This document shows positions 48,846 to 62,400 of a DNA stretch of 64,000 bases, piece after piece. The first letter of the stretch is position 1; each line of letters begins with the position of its first letter. Source of the DNA: a virus; IMG/VR virus record IMGVR_UViG_3300020196_000021, positions 1 through 64,000 of that record; one strand, written 5' to 3'. A model generated the notes under the pieces. That model did no database searches. It worked only from the letters and a program-made list of their open reading frames with translations, and was not told where the DNA came from. A program made the position numbers and the translations under genes.

Positions 48846-51800
48846 CTTAAATCTTTAATAATCGGAGCAACGGCAGCATTACGAGATCTCATTCTTAATT
48901 TGATTGTATATTTACTAAATGTTTCGTTTGCATTTGCAGTGTTATAATTATAAGAAAGATCAATAAATCTAAGTTCATCCTTTTTATTATAATTTGCTGT
49001 TGTTAGTTTTTCCCAAGGTATTTGATTGTAATCACTTTCATCACCAGTTAGTAACTTAACATAAACATCAACATCACAAACAGAAGGATTATAAGAAGCA
49101 AATTCAATTCTCAACCCTGTACATGGATTTGCAAGAGTTGCTATTTTTGTAATATAGTTTGCTGCATTGTAATCATGAATTGGATCAATTGCAATATTAA
49201 AAGTGTCATTGGGAGATGGTGGAGAATTAAAGAAATATTGTTTTTTAAATTCTGTTGAATCAAAATCAGTAACTCTATTGTTAGTAGTCACTAAACTAAC
49301 TCTATTTTTATCAATAATAGGACTTAAATTTTCCTTAGTACTAGAAAGAACCAATCGCATGGTTGCTGATTTTGCACCAATCATTTGTTTTTCTTCATTT
49401 AAGTTTGAAGCAATCAAATATGGAACAGAAAGTAAATTATTCTCATTTAAAACTATTGGAAAGAAGTCAGAATCTCTAATATAAGATTTTTGATTAGGTG
49501 AAGTATATGTGGAAGGATTTGAATAAGAAGACGAACCAATAGAAGTACCAGTAGTACCAGAGTATGAAGCCAAAATTGAAGTTCCTGGTAATTCTTTATA
49601 TGTAACAAGAGGTTCAAATTGAGTATACTGTATGTTCTGACTTACAAATACTTTATCTCCACCAATCGTTAAATTAGTTGCTGATGTTCTAGTTATTGGT
49701 AGATTAATTTGATAACTATCAAGTGTTATCCATTCTAAATTGCTGTGAATCGTATTAATCAATGTTAATGGAACTCCATCGATTACATAATTTTCGACCT
49801 GCCATTCTTCATCTGCTTTAAATCCATCAGATGGAGCAGTTCCAGAAATTCTTGCAAGTGTTGTGATTGTATAATTTCCATTTGTATCCGCAGTTCCAAC
49901 TGTAGTTGGATTGTAACTATATACAACTCCACCAATTTTTAAATAACCAGGATTTGTATTTGTTGGAGGACTTCCATTAATATTTGAAGTATAATAGAAT
50001 GCTGTTCTATTGCCGTTTACTGTAATTGCGCCTGGAGCACCACTCCAATTTACAGATAAAGTTGCATACTGTTCAGAACTTACTCCAGTAATGTCTACAA
50101 ATGATGCAGGATCATGCATACCATGATTAGTGTGATTTACTTTTATTCTATTTGAATTTACATTTAATTCAATTGGATCTCTTCTCAATTGAGTATATTG
50201 AAGTGATCCGCTATTATCGTTCACCCAATTGATAGTAGGTGATTCATTAATATTAAATGATGCTCTATAAATCTTAAATTTAAAATCTTGCATTTCTGAT
50301 GTTGTCCATGTAGATGCATTCTGTGATTTGAAAAGAACACCAGCATATGGTTGTTTAGATATTTTTTCTCCACTTAAGTCATCTTTACCCATTTCAGAAA
50401 GCCAAACTCTATATTCAACTGAAGATGTTAATAGTGCAAAACAATATTCTTTTCTTTCTGCAAGATAAATTGGAGTATCAAAAACAAAAGTAGTCACAGC
50501 ACTTGCATCTTTAGAAACAGAGACATTACTTGGATCTTTATTGATTGTGCCTAAAATCTCTGGAGATGGATACCCATTAACCATCTCTCTAATCTGCATA
50601 GTTACTGGAAGATTAGAATCTTTTGTGCTAAAGTATACATCAATTTTTGTAATAAAACATCCACCACTTTCTTCTATCAAGAATGATTGTGCAAGAGGGT
50701 CATACCAACCTCCAACTCTAGTGGAAGTTGACGAACTAGTTAACATTCTACTATCACTTACAGTATCTCTAACAACCTCTGCATTTCTAACTAATAATGT
50801 ATCTTGTTGTTTTGTAAGAATTGTTCCACTTGCAGTATAAGATGCTTCTGCAGAGCTGTCAACAACTCCAGGTATTAATGAATTGATTGGACTATCAGAT
50901 ACCCTGAATACTGATTCCCCAACTTTAAATCTTGGATTTGCATCATCATTTGGATCTGGAATGTAAAAACTTAATTGCACGTTGCCTAATTCATCGGCAA
51001 TCAATTTTTTATTGATGACTGTTGCTGTAGCACCACTTGTTAATCCAACAATGGTATCTCCCTCAAGTACATATCCACCCATTTCAGATGTATTTAATAC
51101 TTGCATTGATGGAATGTCAAGATTTAAAAATGTAGATGTTGATGTGTAGGAAGTTGCAGTAATTGTTTCACCATTATATGGATTTACTGTGTATGGACGA
51201 CCCAAATTATCAATACCAGATCCTGGAGCAACAAGTTTTGCTCTAAATTTTCTATTTACATTGCCAGTTACGATAATATCTTCATCAATTTGGAATGCAA
51301 CGGAAGATGCTGCCATAGCAATTTCTAAAATTTTTGGAGTTACAAAAGATGTAACATCTCTACCATCAAAAAATGCATATACTCTAATATTTGGTTTCAA
51401 TCTAAATGAAGTCACTGAAATATTTCTAGATCTCTTCCAATATGCGTATTTAGTATCTACTACTCTATCTCCAAGAACTTTTCTCTCTGTTTTTGGGGTA
51501 ACTCTAGGTCTAATTCCAGATCTAGTTTGGAATCTATCTGTTCTAGTTGTTGTTTGTTCAACGTTTCTTATTGGACCTCCACCTTCTGTCCACGTTTGGG
51601 TTGTTACAGAAGTTGATGACCATTGAGTTTTCCAAGCATTCCATTCAATAGGAGCAAAACCTGTATTCCTATCAACACCCATTGCAAAGACAGTAGCAGA
51701 ATAATCACCCTCAACTTCTGTTAGTGATTCTGGTAATCTATTTTCATCAATCCAATCATCTGATGCTGGAAATACAAAAGCAAGACCAACCCAGGAACTA

Positions 51801-54800
51801 ACAGCAAATGGGTTAACATTTTCCACAACTGCTGCATAATTTTGCTCAATTAATAATTTATCAGTATAATCAAGCATAATAAAATCACCTTTAATATATT
51901 TTGTAGGTGTTTCTTGATACTTCAATGCAACATTGGTAGTATAATGAGGTGGGCGCAATTCCCCAAGAGCACTATCAATAGCACATTTATAATTTGGATG
52001 ATCAGATTGTCCTATTGAATGAGAAGTAAAATTATCAACTAAAAATCCATTTTTTAATCGATTATTTCCATTTGAATCTTCTATAAACAAATTAGCTGTA
52101 TCTGTTTCCAGCAAACTAAGTTGAGTATAATATTCTACATTATCAAGGCGTTTTTCTAAATTGCCAATATCTCGCATTGTATATCTTTTGTTATTATATC
52201 TTCTTATAATAACATCATCCAAACTCCTAACATAAGGAGGCATTGATATGGACAACACTTTCATAGCATTAGCTAATGAATCTGTTGGGGGTTTTGGTTT
52301 TAATGCTGCTACTCCTTTTTGAGAAAGGAATTTGCCATTTTTATCAAGATATAAATCATCAATTCTACCAAGATAGTATTCTATATCGCCATCAGTTGTT
52401 CCAGATGGAAAAAGGTATTCTGAAGTGATATAGTTAGTGTTTCCATATGATAATAAATTAGTATTCGCTAAAATTTCATTAGCATTAATTGTATATGGTG
52501 CATTATATTCGCCTGATGTTGTACTGACATAAGTATCTAATTGATTGATTCTCCAATCAATTAGATCATTTAAATATACTCTATTTCCATCATAATTATA
52601 TGATGGAATTTCATCAATATCAGCATCATAATATGAATTTACCGTATAGAATTGACCTGATGTTACTTGATCTTTGAAATGATCCATGATAACAACAAGA
52701 TCTCCAGAAATAACGCTATCTGAAGATACTTTTGTTAAAGTTGAAAATTCAAATGTCTGATCTCTTTGACCATCATCTAACATATAGCGAGATTTTATAT
52801 CAGGCAATCCATTATTATTAATTACAGAAATAGTGCCAGTTGATGAACTTAAATATCCAAAAATATCTTCATTTATAGCAAAATTTGTCTGACTAATATA
52901 AGTAAAATAAATTGCATTTACATCTTGCTTTATAATTCTACCTTTAGCCCCACTTGATTTTCCAACAATTACTTCACCAATTTTAAATACTCCAGCACCA
53001 GCATTTAATGTAATTTTGGGAAGAATTGATTCGGTTAATGTACCAGACGAAGTATTGTAAATTGCATGAATTTTGGATACTCTAGTTGTTCCTAAAGAAA
53101 TTGTAGTATCATTTACATTATATTTGTTAGCAATATTTGCTAATCTCAATGCTCTCATTTTTTTGAGAGATGCTAATTTTATACTTGGGACGTTAATTTT
53201 CTCTGGACCAATTAATATGTATGCAGTTCCAGAAGAAACAGCAGATCCACTAAAAACAAAAGTTAAAGTACCACTACCATCGATTGCAAGATTGCTAATT
53301 GTTCTTTCTGTAGTTCCAGCATCTCCATTAATTCTTAATGTGTAATCTGCTGCATTTTTTGAATAATAACTTCTACCACTAATTGTTATTGTAGTTGTAG
53401 ATCCTGTTGAACCAATATATTTTGTAAAAACATCTTGTACTTTAGTATCAGTTAAAGATTTAATTACACTTGTTTCATAAACTGGAAAAAATAATGGGTT
53501 AAATGCTCCACTAATTTTATCAATTGTTTTTATGACTCCACCAGTTGATGTATTTGGCGTAGTTGTATAAGTAATTGTTCCCGCAAATCTTATCTTTTTA
53601 ATAGAAGATAAATTATATGAAGTTGATATAAATCTTATATTTGCTAATCTAATAATTATATAATCTGATGATCCACTATCGACTTGTTCATAGGATAGCA
53701 TTATTGCATATCCTATTACAGCATCATTAGTATCTAATAACGGTACAATAGAATTTAATGATGAAGTAAGTTGAGAATATGTTATGTGATTATTATTAGA
53801 AGAGTTGCTGATTCTAAATTCTATAGATCTAGCATCTGTTCTAATAGTTGCATTTCCAAGTAATTCAGTTGCTCTTGGTTTTTTAATATCAACATAAGTA
53901 GTTGCTAATGTTTCTAATTCATATCCTCTAACATAAGATTTACCAGGAGATACATTTATTTCAAATAAATCTTTGGATGGAGTATTTCCATCATCTGTAC
54001 TATTAATTGATGAAAAGATACCATTATTAATACCATCATTGAAGCATTCGTCTTTTGAAAAATCGTATGGACGAACTTCATAATCTCCAGATTCATCATA
54101 AGTTCTTCTTGCAAATGTATCTTCTAATGTTTTTGCTAACTGTGCTCTGGATGAAGATACTATTTCTTTAACATACCCCTTTTCTAATCTGAGAAGTTCA
54201 ATAAAATCAGTAACAGAAGTATCATCTAAACTTTTTTTAGTTAAAATCGCTGTTAACTTAAATCTATGTGCCCCTGGCGCAGAATAATTTGAATATCCTT
54301 GTGATGGATCAGTAAGAGAAATGTCATCCTCTGGGGTTACAATCTCTTCTAATATTTGTAAACCAACCTTATATGATGGTGTAGTTCCAAATTGATCTAA
54401 GATTATTTCTTGCTCTTCAACATTAACAAAATACCCTTTTGTATAATATATTCCGCTTGTTATTTTTGCGGCAGATCCAATAGAAGTTGGATTTAAACTA
54501 ATACACTTTGCGAAATCAGTATTTTTTTGAATTACAGTATTGCCAATGCTAAATGAATTTTCTGCAATTAATATTTCATCATTACCAAAGGTTCCATTTG
54601 TATTAGTAGTGCTTGCACTCAAATACTTTACATATAACGTTGTAAATCCTTTTTCTGACTGATCAGATGTTAAAGCATTGACAACTTTAGCACGAATACC
54701 AGAAGTATTTCCAACAATTGTCTGTCCTACAATATATTGAGAAAGAATATCAGCAGAAATTCCAAAATACTCTTCTTCAATTAAAATTGCATAGTAAGTA

Positions 54801-55015
54801 AGGTCATATCCAATTTGACCAGGAACAACCATAGCACCTTCTTTATAGATGCTAGAACCAAAATTTTCAATTTGATTTTGAAGTATTGATTGTATTGTTG
54901 TTAACTCTCTAGCCTGAAGAGGATATCCAGGTCTAAACAATACTTTATGAAATTTTTTCTTTGCATCAAAATCCTCAAAATATGGAGGAGTGTTCAGATT
55001 AGTTGACTGGGGCAT
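48827..55015 (-). CDS. DUF4815/VrlC-like large virion structural protein
   Basis: NLNTPPYFEDFD...KVLFRPGYPLQARELT, APGAHR, RRTYDESG, DPLAQSF and LFKSQNASTW. Confidence 0.9.
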   Translation of the reverse strand: MPQSTNLNTPPYFEDFDAKKKFHKVLFRPGYPLQARELTTIQSILQNQIENFGSSIYKEGAMVVPGQIGYDLTYYAILIEEEYFGISADILSQYIVGQTIVGNTSGIRAKVVNALTSDQSEKGFTTLYVKYLSASTTNTNGTFGNDEILIAENSFSIGNTVIQKNTDFAKCISLNPTSIGSAAKITSGIYYTKGYFVNVEEQEIILDQFGTTPSYKVGLQILEEIVTPEDDISLTDPSQGYSNYSAPGAHRFKLTAILTKKSLDDTSVTDFIELLRLEKGYVKEIVSSSRAQLAKTLEDTFARRTYDESGDYEVRPYDFSKDECFNDGINNGIFSSINSTDDGNTPSKDLFEINVSPGKSYVRGYELETLATTYVDIKKPRATELLGNATIRTDARSIEFRISNSSNNNHITYSQLTSSLNSIVPLLDTNDAVIGYAIMLSYEQVDSGSSDYIIIRLANIRFISTSYNLSSIKKIRFAGTITYTTTPNTSTGGVIKTIDKISGAFNPLFFPVYETSVIKSLTDTKVQDVFTKYIGSTGSTTTITISGRSYYSKNAADYTLRINGDAGTTERTISNLAIDGSGTLTFVFSGSAVSSGTAYILIGPEKINVPSIKLASLKKMRALRLANIANKYNVNDTTISLGTTRVSKIHAIYNTSSGTLTESILPKITLNAGAGVFKIGEVIVGKSSGAKGRIIKQDVNAIYFTYISQTNFAINEDIFGYLSSSTGTISVINNNGLPDIKSRYMLDDGQRDQTFEFSTLTKVSSDSVISGDLVVIMDHFKDQVTSGQFYTVNSYYDADIDEIPSYNYDGNRVYLNDLIDWRINQLDTYVSTTSGEYNAPYTINANEILANTNLLSYGNTNYITSEYLFPSGTTDGDIEYYLGRIDDLYLDKNGKFLSQKGVAALKPKPPTDSLANAMKVLSISMPPYVRSLDDVIIRRYNNKRYTMRDIGNLEKRLDNVEYYTQLSLLETDTANLFIEDSNGNNRLKNGFLVDNFTSHSIGQSDHPNYKCAIDSALGELRPPHYTTNVALKYQETPTKYIKGDFIMLDYTDKLLIEQNYAAVVENVNPFAVSSWVGLAFVFPASDDWIDENRLPESLTEVEGDYSATVFAMGVDRNTGFAPIEWNAWKTQWSSTSVTTQTWTEGGGPIRNVEQTTTRTDRFQTRSGIRPRVTPKTERKVLGDRVVDTKYAYWKRSRNISVTSFRLKPNIRVYAFFDGRDVTSFVTPKILEIAMAASSVAFQIDEDIIVTGNVNRKFRAKLVAPGSGIDNLGRPYTVNPYNGETITATSYTSTSTFLNLDIPSMQVLNTSEMGGYVLEGDTIVGLTSGATATVINKKLIADELGNVQLSFYIPDPNDDANPRFKVGESVFRVSDSPINSLIPGVVDSSAEASYTASGTILTKQQDTLLVRNAEVVRDTVSDSRMLTSSSTSTRVGGWYDPLAQSFLIEESGGCFITKIDVYFSTKDSNLPVTMQIREMVNGYPSPEILGTINKDPSNVSVSKDASAVTTFVFDTPIYLAERKEYCFALLTSSVEYRVWLSEMGKDDLSGEKISKQPYAGVLFKSQNASTWTTSEMQDFKFKIYRASFNINESPTINWVNDNSGSLQYTQLRRDPIELNVNSNRIKVNHTNHGMHDPASFVDITGVSSEQYATLSVNWSGAPGAITVNGNRTAFYYTSNINGSPPTNTNPGYLKIGGVVYSYNPTTVGTADTNGNYTITTLARISGTAPSDGFKADEEWQVENYVIDGVPLTLINTIHSNLEWITLDSYQINLPITRTSATNLTIGGDKVFVSQNIQYTQFEPLVTYKELPGTSILASYSGTTGTSIGSSSYSNPSTYTSPNQKSYIRDSDFFPIVLNENNLLSVPYLIASNLNEEKQMIGAKSATMRLVLSSTKENLSPIIDKNRVSLVTTNNRVTDFDSTEFKKQYFFNSPPSPNDTFNIAIDPIHDYNAANYITKIATLANPCTGLRIEFASYNPSVCDVDVYVKLLTGDESDYNQIPWEKLTTANYNKKDELRFIDLSYNYNTANANETFSKYTIKLRMRSRNAAVAPIIKDLRCIALA

Positions 55016-55016
55016 G

Positions 55017-56447
55017 TTAGAACTCTAAGATAATTTTAAAATCTTCTGTTTGATCCTTTGCTCTGGAGATCGTACTCCTATTATCTATGTAGATGATTTC
55101 TCCAGATCCTCTAGATAGTCCAGAGGATTTTACTGAAGTATTTCCTGCCGCAATAGTAGCAGTTTCTTGATCTGCACCAATACTAATGGTATCGCCAGGT
55201 AAGAAGGATGCTCTTGTACCATTAGAAGCCATTCCAAAACCAACTTCATTTTCTTGAGTGAAATATATGGTTTTGGTAGTATTTTCATAATGAACAATTC
55301 TTCCAGTAGCAGCAGTTTCTGTTACCCCTAATGCTCCAGATGAGTGTGCAGTAACACGTATTTGTAAATCATTATATTCTATTGTGCCATTTAAAGCAGA
55401 TGCCAAAACTAATTGTTTTGTGCCAATAGCAACATCAGTTCCTGAAGTAGTGACAATAGGATTATACAATACTCCAACAATACTAAAATCATTACCAAAA
55501 ACAAAATCATCTTTATCTAATTTTGCGTGAAGTGCAATTCGGTATGCACCAAGTTCTCTACCAATTGATACTGCCGTACCTTCTTTTGGTGAAATAATTG
55601 GAATTAATGATCCTCCTCCACTTCCTAAATTAATTTGTCCATATGTATATGCACTCCCTGGATTAATTACTAATACCGATGTTATTGCTCCAGATTGAGA
55701 AACTGAAGTGATTTTTACTTTTCCGCCAGTACCATCACCAACAATATCATATTCTGAATTGGCAGTATATCCTGTTCCTGCAGATTCAATAACTACATTA
55801 TAAATGGAACCTCCAAAATTTGCAGACGCTGGTAATTGGTTACTTACTGGAATTGAAATTGGAATTGGAATATATTCATCAGTTTTGAATTTTTCAAAAT
55901 CATTAGCATTGACAGTAAACATGTATTTCCACAGATACCCGTCAGATAATGTGAATGGAGCAGCACTTACTGAAGATGGTTGTACTGTAGAAGGAGAATT
56001 TTTATTATTAGATAAACACTTATACACTTTATATTCTGATGTCACCACATAATAGTTTGTTTCATATAAATGTTGTTCAAAATTTAAACCTTGAACATAA
56101 GTATTTGTAGTTCCAGCAGAAGTTAATAGTTTACCATAATCATCTCGGTAAATATCATAAATTGTTCCTTCTATCCATTTATTATTTCTAATAACCTGTC
56201 TTATTTCAGCAGAAGGAATCTTTTTAAGACCTATTATTTGATCATATAATCTAAATGAATCTTGCTGATTATCTGTTGGATCTAAAACAACTCCATCAAT
56301 CCAAGCAACGGATTTTGCAAAAAATAACCAAATTGTAGTACTTGGTACACCTAATGCAGTAAGAGTTTGATTCTCACCAACCTCAATTGCTTCTTTAAAT
56401 TTTTCAGCAAATATTACTCTAAATTTATCCGTTAAAATTGCTGCCAT
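55017..56447 (-). CDS. gp8: Baseplate wedge subunit gp8
   Basis: YKVYKCLSN...P...DGYLWKYMF and a C-terminal SGEIIYIDNR...QTEDFKIILEF. Confidence 0.9.
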   Translation of the reverse strand: MAAILTDKFRVIFAEKFKEAIEVGENQTLTALGVPSTTIWLFFAKSVAWIDGVVLDPTDNQQDSFRLYDQIIGLKKIPSAEIRQVIRNNKWIEGTIYDIYRDDYGKLLTSAGTTNTYVQGLNFEQHLYETNYYVVTSEYKVYKCLSNNKNSPSTVQPSSVSAAPFTLSDGYLWKYMFTVNANDFEKFKTDEYIPIPISIPVSNQLPASANFGGSIYNVVIESAGTGYTANSEYDIVGDGTGGKVKITSVSQSGAITSVLVINPGSAYTYGQINLGSGGGSLIPIISPKEGTAVSIGRELGAYRIALHAKLDKDDFVFGNDFSIVGVLYNPIVTTSGTDVAIGTKQLVLASALNGTIEYNDLQIRVTAHSSGALGVTETAATGRIVHYENTTKTIYFTQENEVGFGMASNGTRASFLPGDTISIGADQETATIAAGNTSVKSSGLSRGSGEIIYIDNRSTISRAKDQTEDFKIILEF

Positions 56448-56466
56448 TTTCTAAACGTTTTATTGT

Positions 56467-56474
56467 TATTTATA
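56467..56474 (-). promoter_or_regulatory. Late promoter upstream of gp8
   Basis: TATAAATA. Confidence 0.8.
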
Positions 56475-56479
56475 GGACA

Positions 56480-59400
56480 TTAGAAGTTATATATTAAATT
56501 TGTGCCAACTGTTAATGTTTGATATTCATTAATTAAATTATCAGCAGTTAATGTATATCCAAGAAAATTAGTCCAGTTTGCTGTAGTAACTGGTTTCGCA
56601 GTGTCAGTTAATTTGATGTATATAATTTTATCAATTATATCAAAATTTACAACAGTAAATTCACTAGTATTTGCATTGCCACCAAAATAATAAGTACTTA
56701 AATCAGAAGCAGATCCACTAACTTTTAATATTTGATTAAATGGTAAATCTACAATTTTTAAATTTTGCAATTCATCTTTACTACCAACAATCAATTGATT
56801 TCTAGGAACAAAAGAAACATAAGTAAAATCAACCATTCTTTTTGGGAAATTTGTTCCTGCTGGAATTATAAAAGATATTTTATTTGTATCATCATCAGGA
56901 GATGTTGGAAAATCAGAAGAAACATTATTTATTTTTATACTTGGTATTGATGTAGTAAATAATGTTTTACCAGTTAATGGATATGGAGATGGCGTACCGA
57001 TTTGGAATATACTTGAATTTATTGTTCTTCTTGATCTTAATGATTCTCTAACTCTAGCTGATTTGATTAAATCAGTTTTCCACCAATTATTTCCCCTATC
57101 AGATCCCAATTCAATTCCATTTGACGCTTCATATAAAACTCCAAATGATTCAGTTACAGATAATTTAGTAGCACTAGTTTTTTGAAGGATTCTTCTAGGT
57201 GATACTTCATTATATTGTAAAAGAATATCATTTGGTTCAACCGCGACATCAATATCAATTGTATTATAATCAGATTGTGATCCAACAAAAATATATCCTT
57301 CAAAATCTGATCCTCTTTTTGGAGGAGAATTGAAATCAATAATACTTCCTAATAATTTATAAGAACTTAGTGAATCACTATATGCTTCTAAACGACCAGA
57401 TTCTGTTGTAGATGGAATTTGATAAACTCCATCTATGAATAAAATTAAATTAGCAGATATATTTGCTTCTGGTCTATTATTTGAGATTAAACTAAAAATT
57501 TCTCCAGTAACACTTCTTAAATCAAAATTAGTTTTAATTGAATTAAATTGAGAAGATATATTTTGAATTGAAATAGTTTCTCCAACATAGAAACAATTAA
57601 ATGGGGTACTATCTGTTGGTGGTTCATTAAATTGAATTTCTGAATACTCATCTCCATCATTTGAAGTATTGTTTGGATTATTTTCAATAATTGTATATGA
57701 TGATCCTCTTTTTTGAAGAATGCCGTTAACAATAACAAAAATGTCTTTATTTGCTTCAATGTAAACTGAATTTCCATCCTTCAATAATGGGAATCTTGTT
57801 TTATTTGAATCAAATCCTCGTGCAAATCCACTACATTCCAATGAAACTGGAGTAATTTTCGTTACATTTGATCCATTTGAATGTACATTTGGAATAATTG
57901 ATGCAAGTTGTCCTCTTAAAACTGTTAAAACATTAGATGAAATATTAGTAATTTTCATAACTTCAACATCATTAACTAAAATATAATCATCATTAGCAAA
58001 TCCACTTGAACTTACAACATTAATTGTGGTATCGGAAGATAATACCATATATGATTCATCGAGAGTTGTTTGTGTTGATGTTTCTGAAGAAGACACATAT
58101 CCACTTAATAAAGTTGTACCGCTACTAAACGCATTATCTCGATTGACCTGAGTAGTATTAATTTTGACAACAACTAATTCTCTATGATTAAATCTAATTG
58201 AATTATTTAAGGGTAATGTTATAGTGAGAGAAGATGTACTAATATTTCTTAAAGTTACTGTTGAATTTATTTTGTTTATAGAAGTAATTTCTAATTCATT
58301 TCCATCAACAGAAGTTAATCCTATTGCAGGATCAAAGACAACTCTATCCCCAACAGAAATTCCAAGAACGCTATTTAAATTAATTGTTATGGTATTATTT
58401 GGAGCAACAACAGTAGAACTAACAGATTGAATTACTGTTTTTCTGATTTGCTTATCAATAATATTATCAACAATAGCATTAGATCCATTAGTTGGGGATA
58501 CAATATAATCGCCAACAATTAAATTAGAAACATTATTTTTTATAAAAATTCTATTTTTAGATATATCATCAAATTGATAATTTGGAGTGGAACCCAATGC
58601 TCCAGAAACATCTTGTCTTTGATATAAAAGACCTACGAATTGTCTTCCAACTTCAATATCACCTTTAAAATATTTTTGAGGTGGTTCAGTAAAATTAATT
58701 TTTCTAATACCACTAGATCCAGCAAGGTATGAAACAAATGGAGTTTGAACTACACCATTAATATCAAGAATATATTGATTTGAATCAATTACTAAACCAA
58801 CTGGGATATCAGTTTGACCATCTTCAATTTTATAATTATACAATTCGCTAAGAATATTATGAGATGATGTTTCTAAAGAAACTAATTTTGGATCAATATA
58901 AACAACCAACGAGTCATAATTAAATGAATAGTTAAAAATTACATTGTTTGATGAATTTAAACTATAATCAGAAGTTTTAATCAATATACCATCTACAAAT
59001 ATAAAATAACTTTCTTTTGATACAGTTACTGGTTTTGAAGCAATTGAAATTGCATTTCCACTAGTTACAGATCCATTTGTAAACTGATTTCTATGAGAAC
59101 CAACTATACATCTTGCTGATATTTGAGAACCAGCGGGAATACTTTCACTGAACACTAAATTGCCAGCAGACAATGTATATGAATCTGAACTTGATTGAAG
59201 GACACCATCTACAAAAACTAACCAATCGCTGGCATTGTAATTAGATCCAACAACTGCTGATGGGAATGCAGATCCATTTTGTTGAATTAATGGGAACGTT
59301 GTAGATGCAGAAGTTGTAATTTCATTAAAACCATAGATTACATTTGCTTCATTTAATTGACGATAAAAAAGAACATCACCACCTGGCATCAATTGTCCTG

Positions 59401-62400
59401 CATTTTCTACAGATTCAAAACTAAAAGTTTTATCAGCATCAGTTACAGTCCAAGAATCTCCGTAAGTTTGAACAATATTATCCAAAATTACAAGCATTTG
59501 ATCAATACTATAATTGGTAATATACTTATCAGTTACTCCGTCATCATTTTTTGGTTGAATTGGGTCAATGACCTTTAATTCAAATGATGTTTTTATACCA
59601 TTAAACTCATTAGAAAAATCCTCAAATGCTGCAACTACAGAAGTTTTAATATTTTTTACATCAGTTAATAGTTTATTAGCAACCTGAACTTCATCAACTG
59701 AGATATTTTTTGTAATCAGATAATTATATTTTTGATTCAATCTCACAATAGAAGATACATCAGTAGATATTGTTACTTTTGTTTCTGATGTAACTGGTAA
59801 TTTTGCACGTTGATTGATTTTAGTTTTTGCAAATAAATTATATCCTGCTGGATGAGCGGTTGAAATATAATTTTCTCTCCATTTATCTACGGGGACATTG
59901 GATGATATCTCATAAGCAAATTTTTGATATCTAAAACTATCTTGTAATTTAAAAATATTTTCGCCAAGGAATGAATTTTGACTTAAGAAAAGTTTTGGTT
60001 GTTCTAAATATGCTCCAAGTTTTAATGATGTATTAACCCCATCAACAAAATCTATTTTACCATATGATTCAGAATTAACTCCTCTTATAATATCATTTAC
60101 TTTTAATTCATATTGCAATCCAGTTATTCTTAATATTGAATTATTTTTTTGCCATCCTTTTATAGTTGACACATATCCAAAAGTATTTGGGTTATCATTG
60201 ATAATAACTTTTTCATTTGCAAAGAAATCAGATTTATCAATAATTAAAGTTATTGATGCTTTTCTTTCATTCAATAAAACTTTATAATATTGTACTTGTG
60301 CGTTTGTTGGCACAGAGATATAATCTAATGGATTAACATAAGTTTGTGATGCTAAAGTTAATTTTGATTTAATCGATGCTGTTTGTAAATCTGCAAAAAA
60401 TGTTACAGTCGATTCTTGATATTTTAAATTGGAATTTGTATCTAAGTAATATGCTCTTACTTTATAAGAATCATTTTCTTGGAAATAATCAGTAAAATCA
60501 AATTTAAATGACAAATCACCATTACTATTGATTGTTGTAAAATATGTTTTTTCGACATCTATAGTAGGTGCTGATGAATACGAAACTCCAGGATAAATTA
60601 TATCTACTGAAATTACTTTTTCATTATTTACATTTACTATCAAGGATGCATGTTGAGTATCTCCATCTCCTAATCCTCCACCTTTAATAACTGGACTGTT
60701 TGAAAATAAATATCCATCTCCTGGATCATCAATTCTATACGAAACAACTTTATAATTATTTTTTAACTTAGCTATTATTGGAAAAGAAATAACAGGTGAA
60801 TACGATGGATTTGGACTATATCCATAACCATTTGATGCATTAGCAATAGATTTAACTGATCCAACAGTGCTAGAGAATGCTTCTAAAGTAGCGCCAACTC
60901 CATTTGCAGTTACAAATCCAGTTACACTAGGGAGAATTTTATAATCAAATCCACCAGAAGTCAAAGTTGCTTTATGAATTGGTCCATTTGCAACTTTTGA
61001 TGTAGTAATATAATTAATAGTATTTGAATTGTAATCAGTAAATAGTGGATTTCTATCTATATAAAACTCAAAATAATTTGAAGTAGAATTCTCAATATAA
61101 AATTCACCATTATAAGGTTCAAATCTAATATTTAACTTTACATCTCTATAAATTCCCTGAGATTGTAAAGTAATACGCATTATAACATTAGTTAAATCTG
61201 AAGATTTTGGTACAATAGTAAATTTTGTTATTTTACCACTACCATCAAGTTCAATTGTGTTGTCAATATCAAAATATTCTTTTTGTTTATCTAATTCAGT
61301 AGAAAAACTAAAAAATTGAACAGTTATTGGTTCAACAGATTGAACATTAAAAATATATTTACTTCTTTCATACATTTCAAGAGTGCTTCCATTAGTATAG
61401 GTTTCACTCCCTTTAGTTATTGTAAAATTAACTGGATTTATTGTAAAATTAACATTATAGTTATTTTCAAGTTTTCTAGATGCATTAACTGTAATCTGAT
61501 CTCCCTGTACCAATCCATTTCCATTTGAAGTAAATCTAGATAGAATTCTATTTTCCTGATATGATTTTACTTTTGCATTAATATATCTTAATTTAGTAAC
61601 TATTGATCTTGGATAATGAAGTGATCTTACAGTATTGAATGATTGTCTTTCTACAGTAAGAATGTGCTTAAAATTTGATCCTATTATATCAATATTTGAT
61701 ACTATATTTGCTTTAATATAAGTTTGACTTGTTAATAATTCAATTCTAGGATTAGACATGATTGAACCATTAACAGTAATACCTGTTTGGTTTGGTGGTT
61801 GATCAAAAACTAAATCACTTACATCTCCATTTGCATTTAATACTACAGTTCCTTGAGCAGGTACTTGAGCACTACTATTAAGTTGCAAAATACCATTAAT
61901 GAAAAGATAATAAGTATTTGCTCCAGTAGTTCCACTTCCATCTTTTATTTTGGTAAATAAATTCTGAATTGTTTTGGTTACAGTAATGTTAACAACTTTG
62001 AAAATTTCCTCATCTACTTTAATAATATCTCCGATATTAAATTTTGAACTATCAAAAACTGGTAATTCACTCAACAAAGTAACAGTAGATCCATCTGCAT
62101 GAGGTGTTTGAATTGAATTTATACCTCTTTCAACTAAGATCTTATCAGAACTTGCCTTATACTTCACCAACATGTATTCGTCATCAATTTTTATATACTT
62201 ATTGATAGTTAGGGAGAAAAAGTCATCAATTGTACAATTTGTAAATCCAAATATACTTAAATAAGTTGTAGCACTATCGATGTCAGAATCTAATGTACAT
62301 TTAGTTTCTAATCCATTTATAACTGCCACTGTAGCATTAGTTCCAGTTAATTCGTTGGAAATTAAAACTTCTGGTGTTAATGTAGAGTCAAAAATGGGTT

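Noticed and set aside
586-57777. Short alternative-frame minus-strand ORFs nested in core genes (e.g. 9348-9626, 10842-11123, 15300-15542)
   Set aside because: They are embedded in conserved genes and show no independent coding signal.
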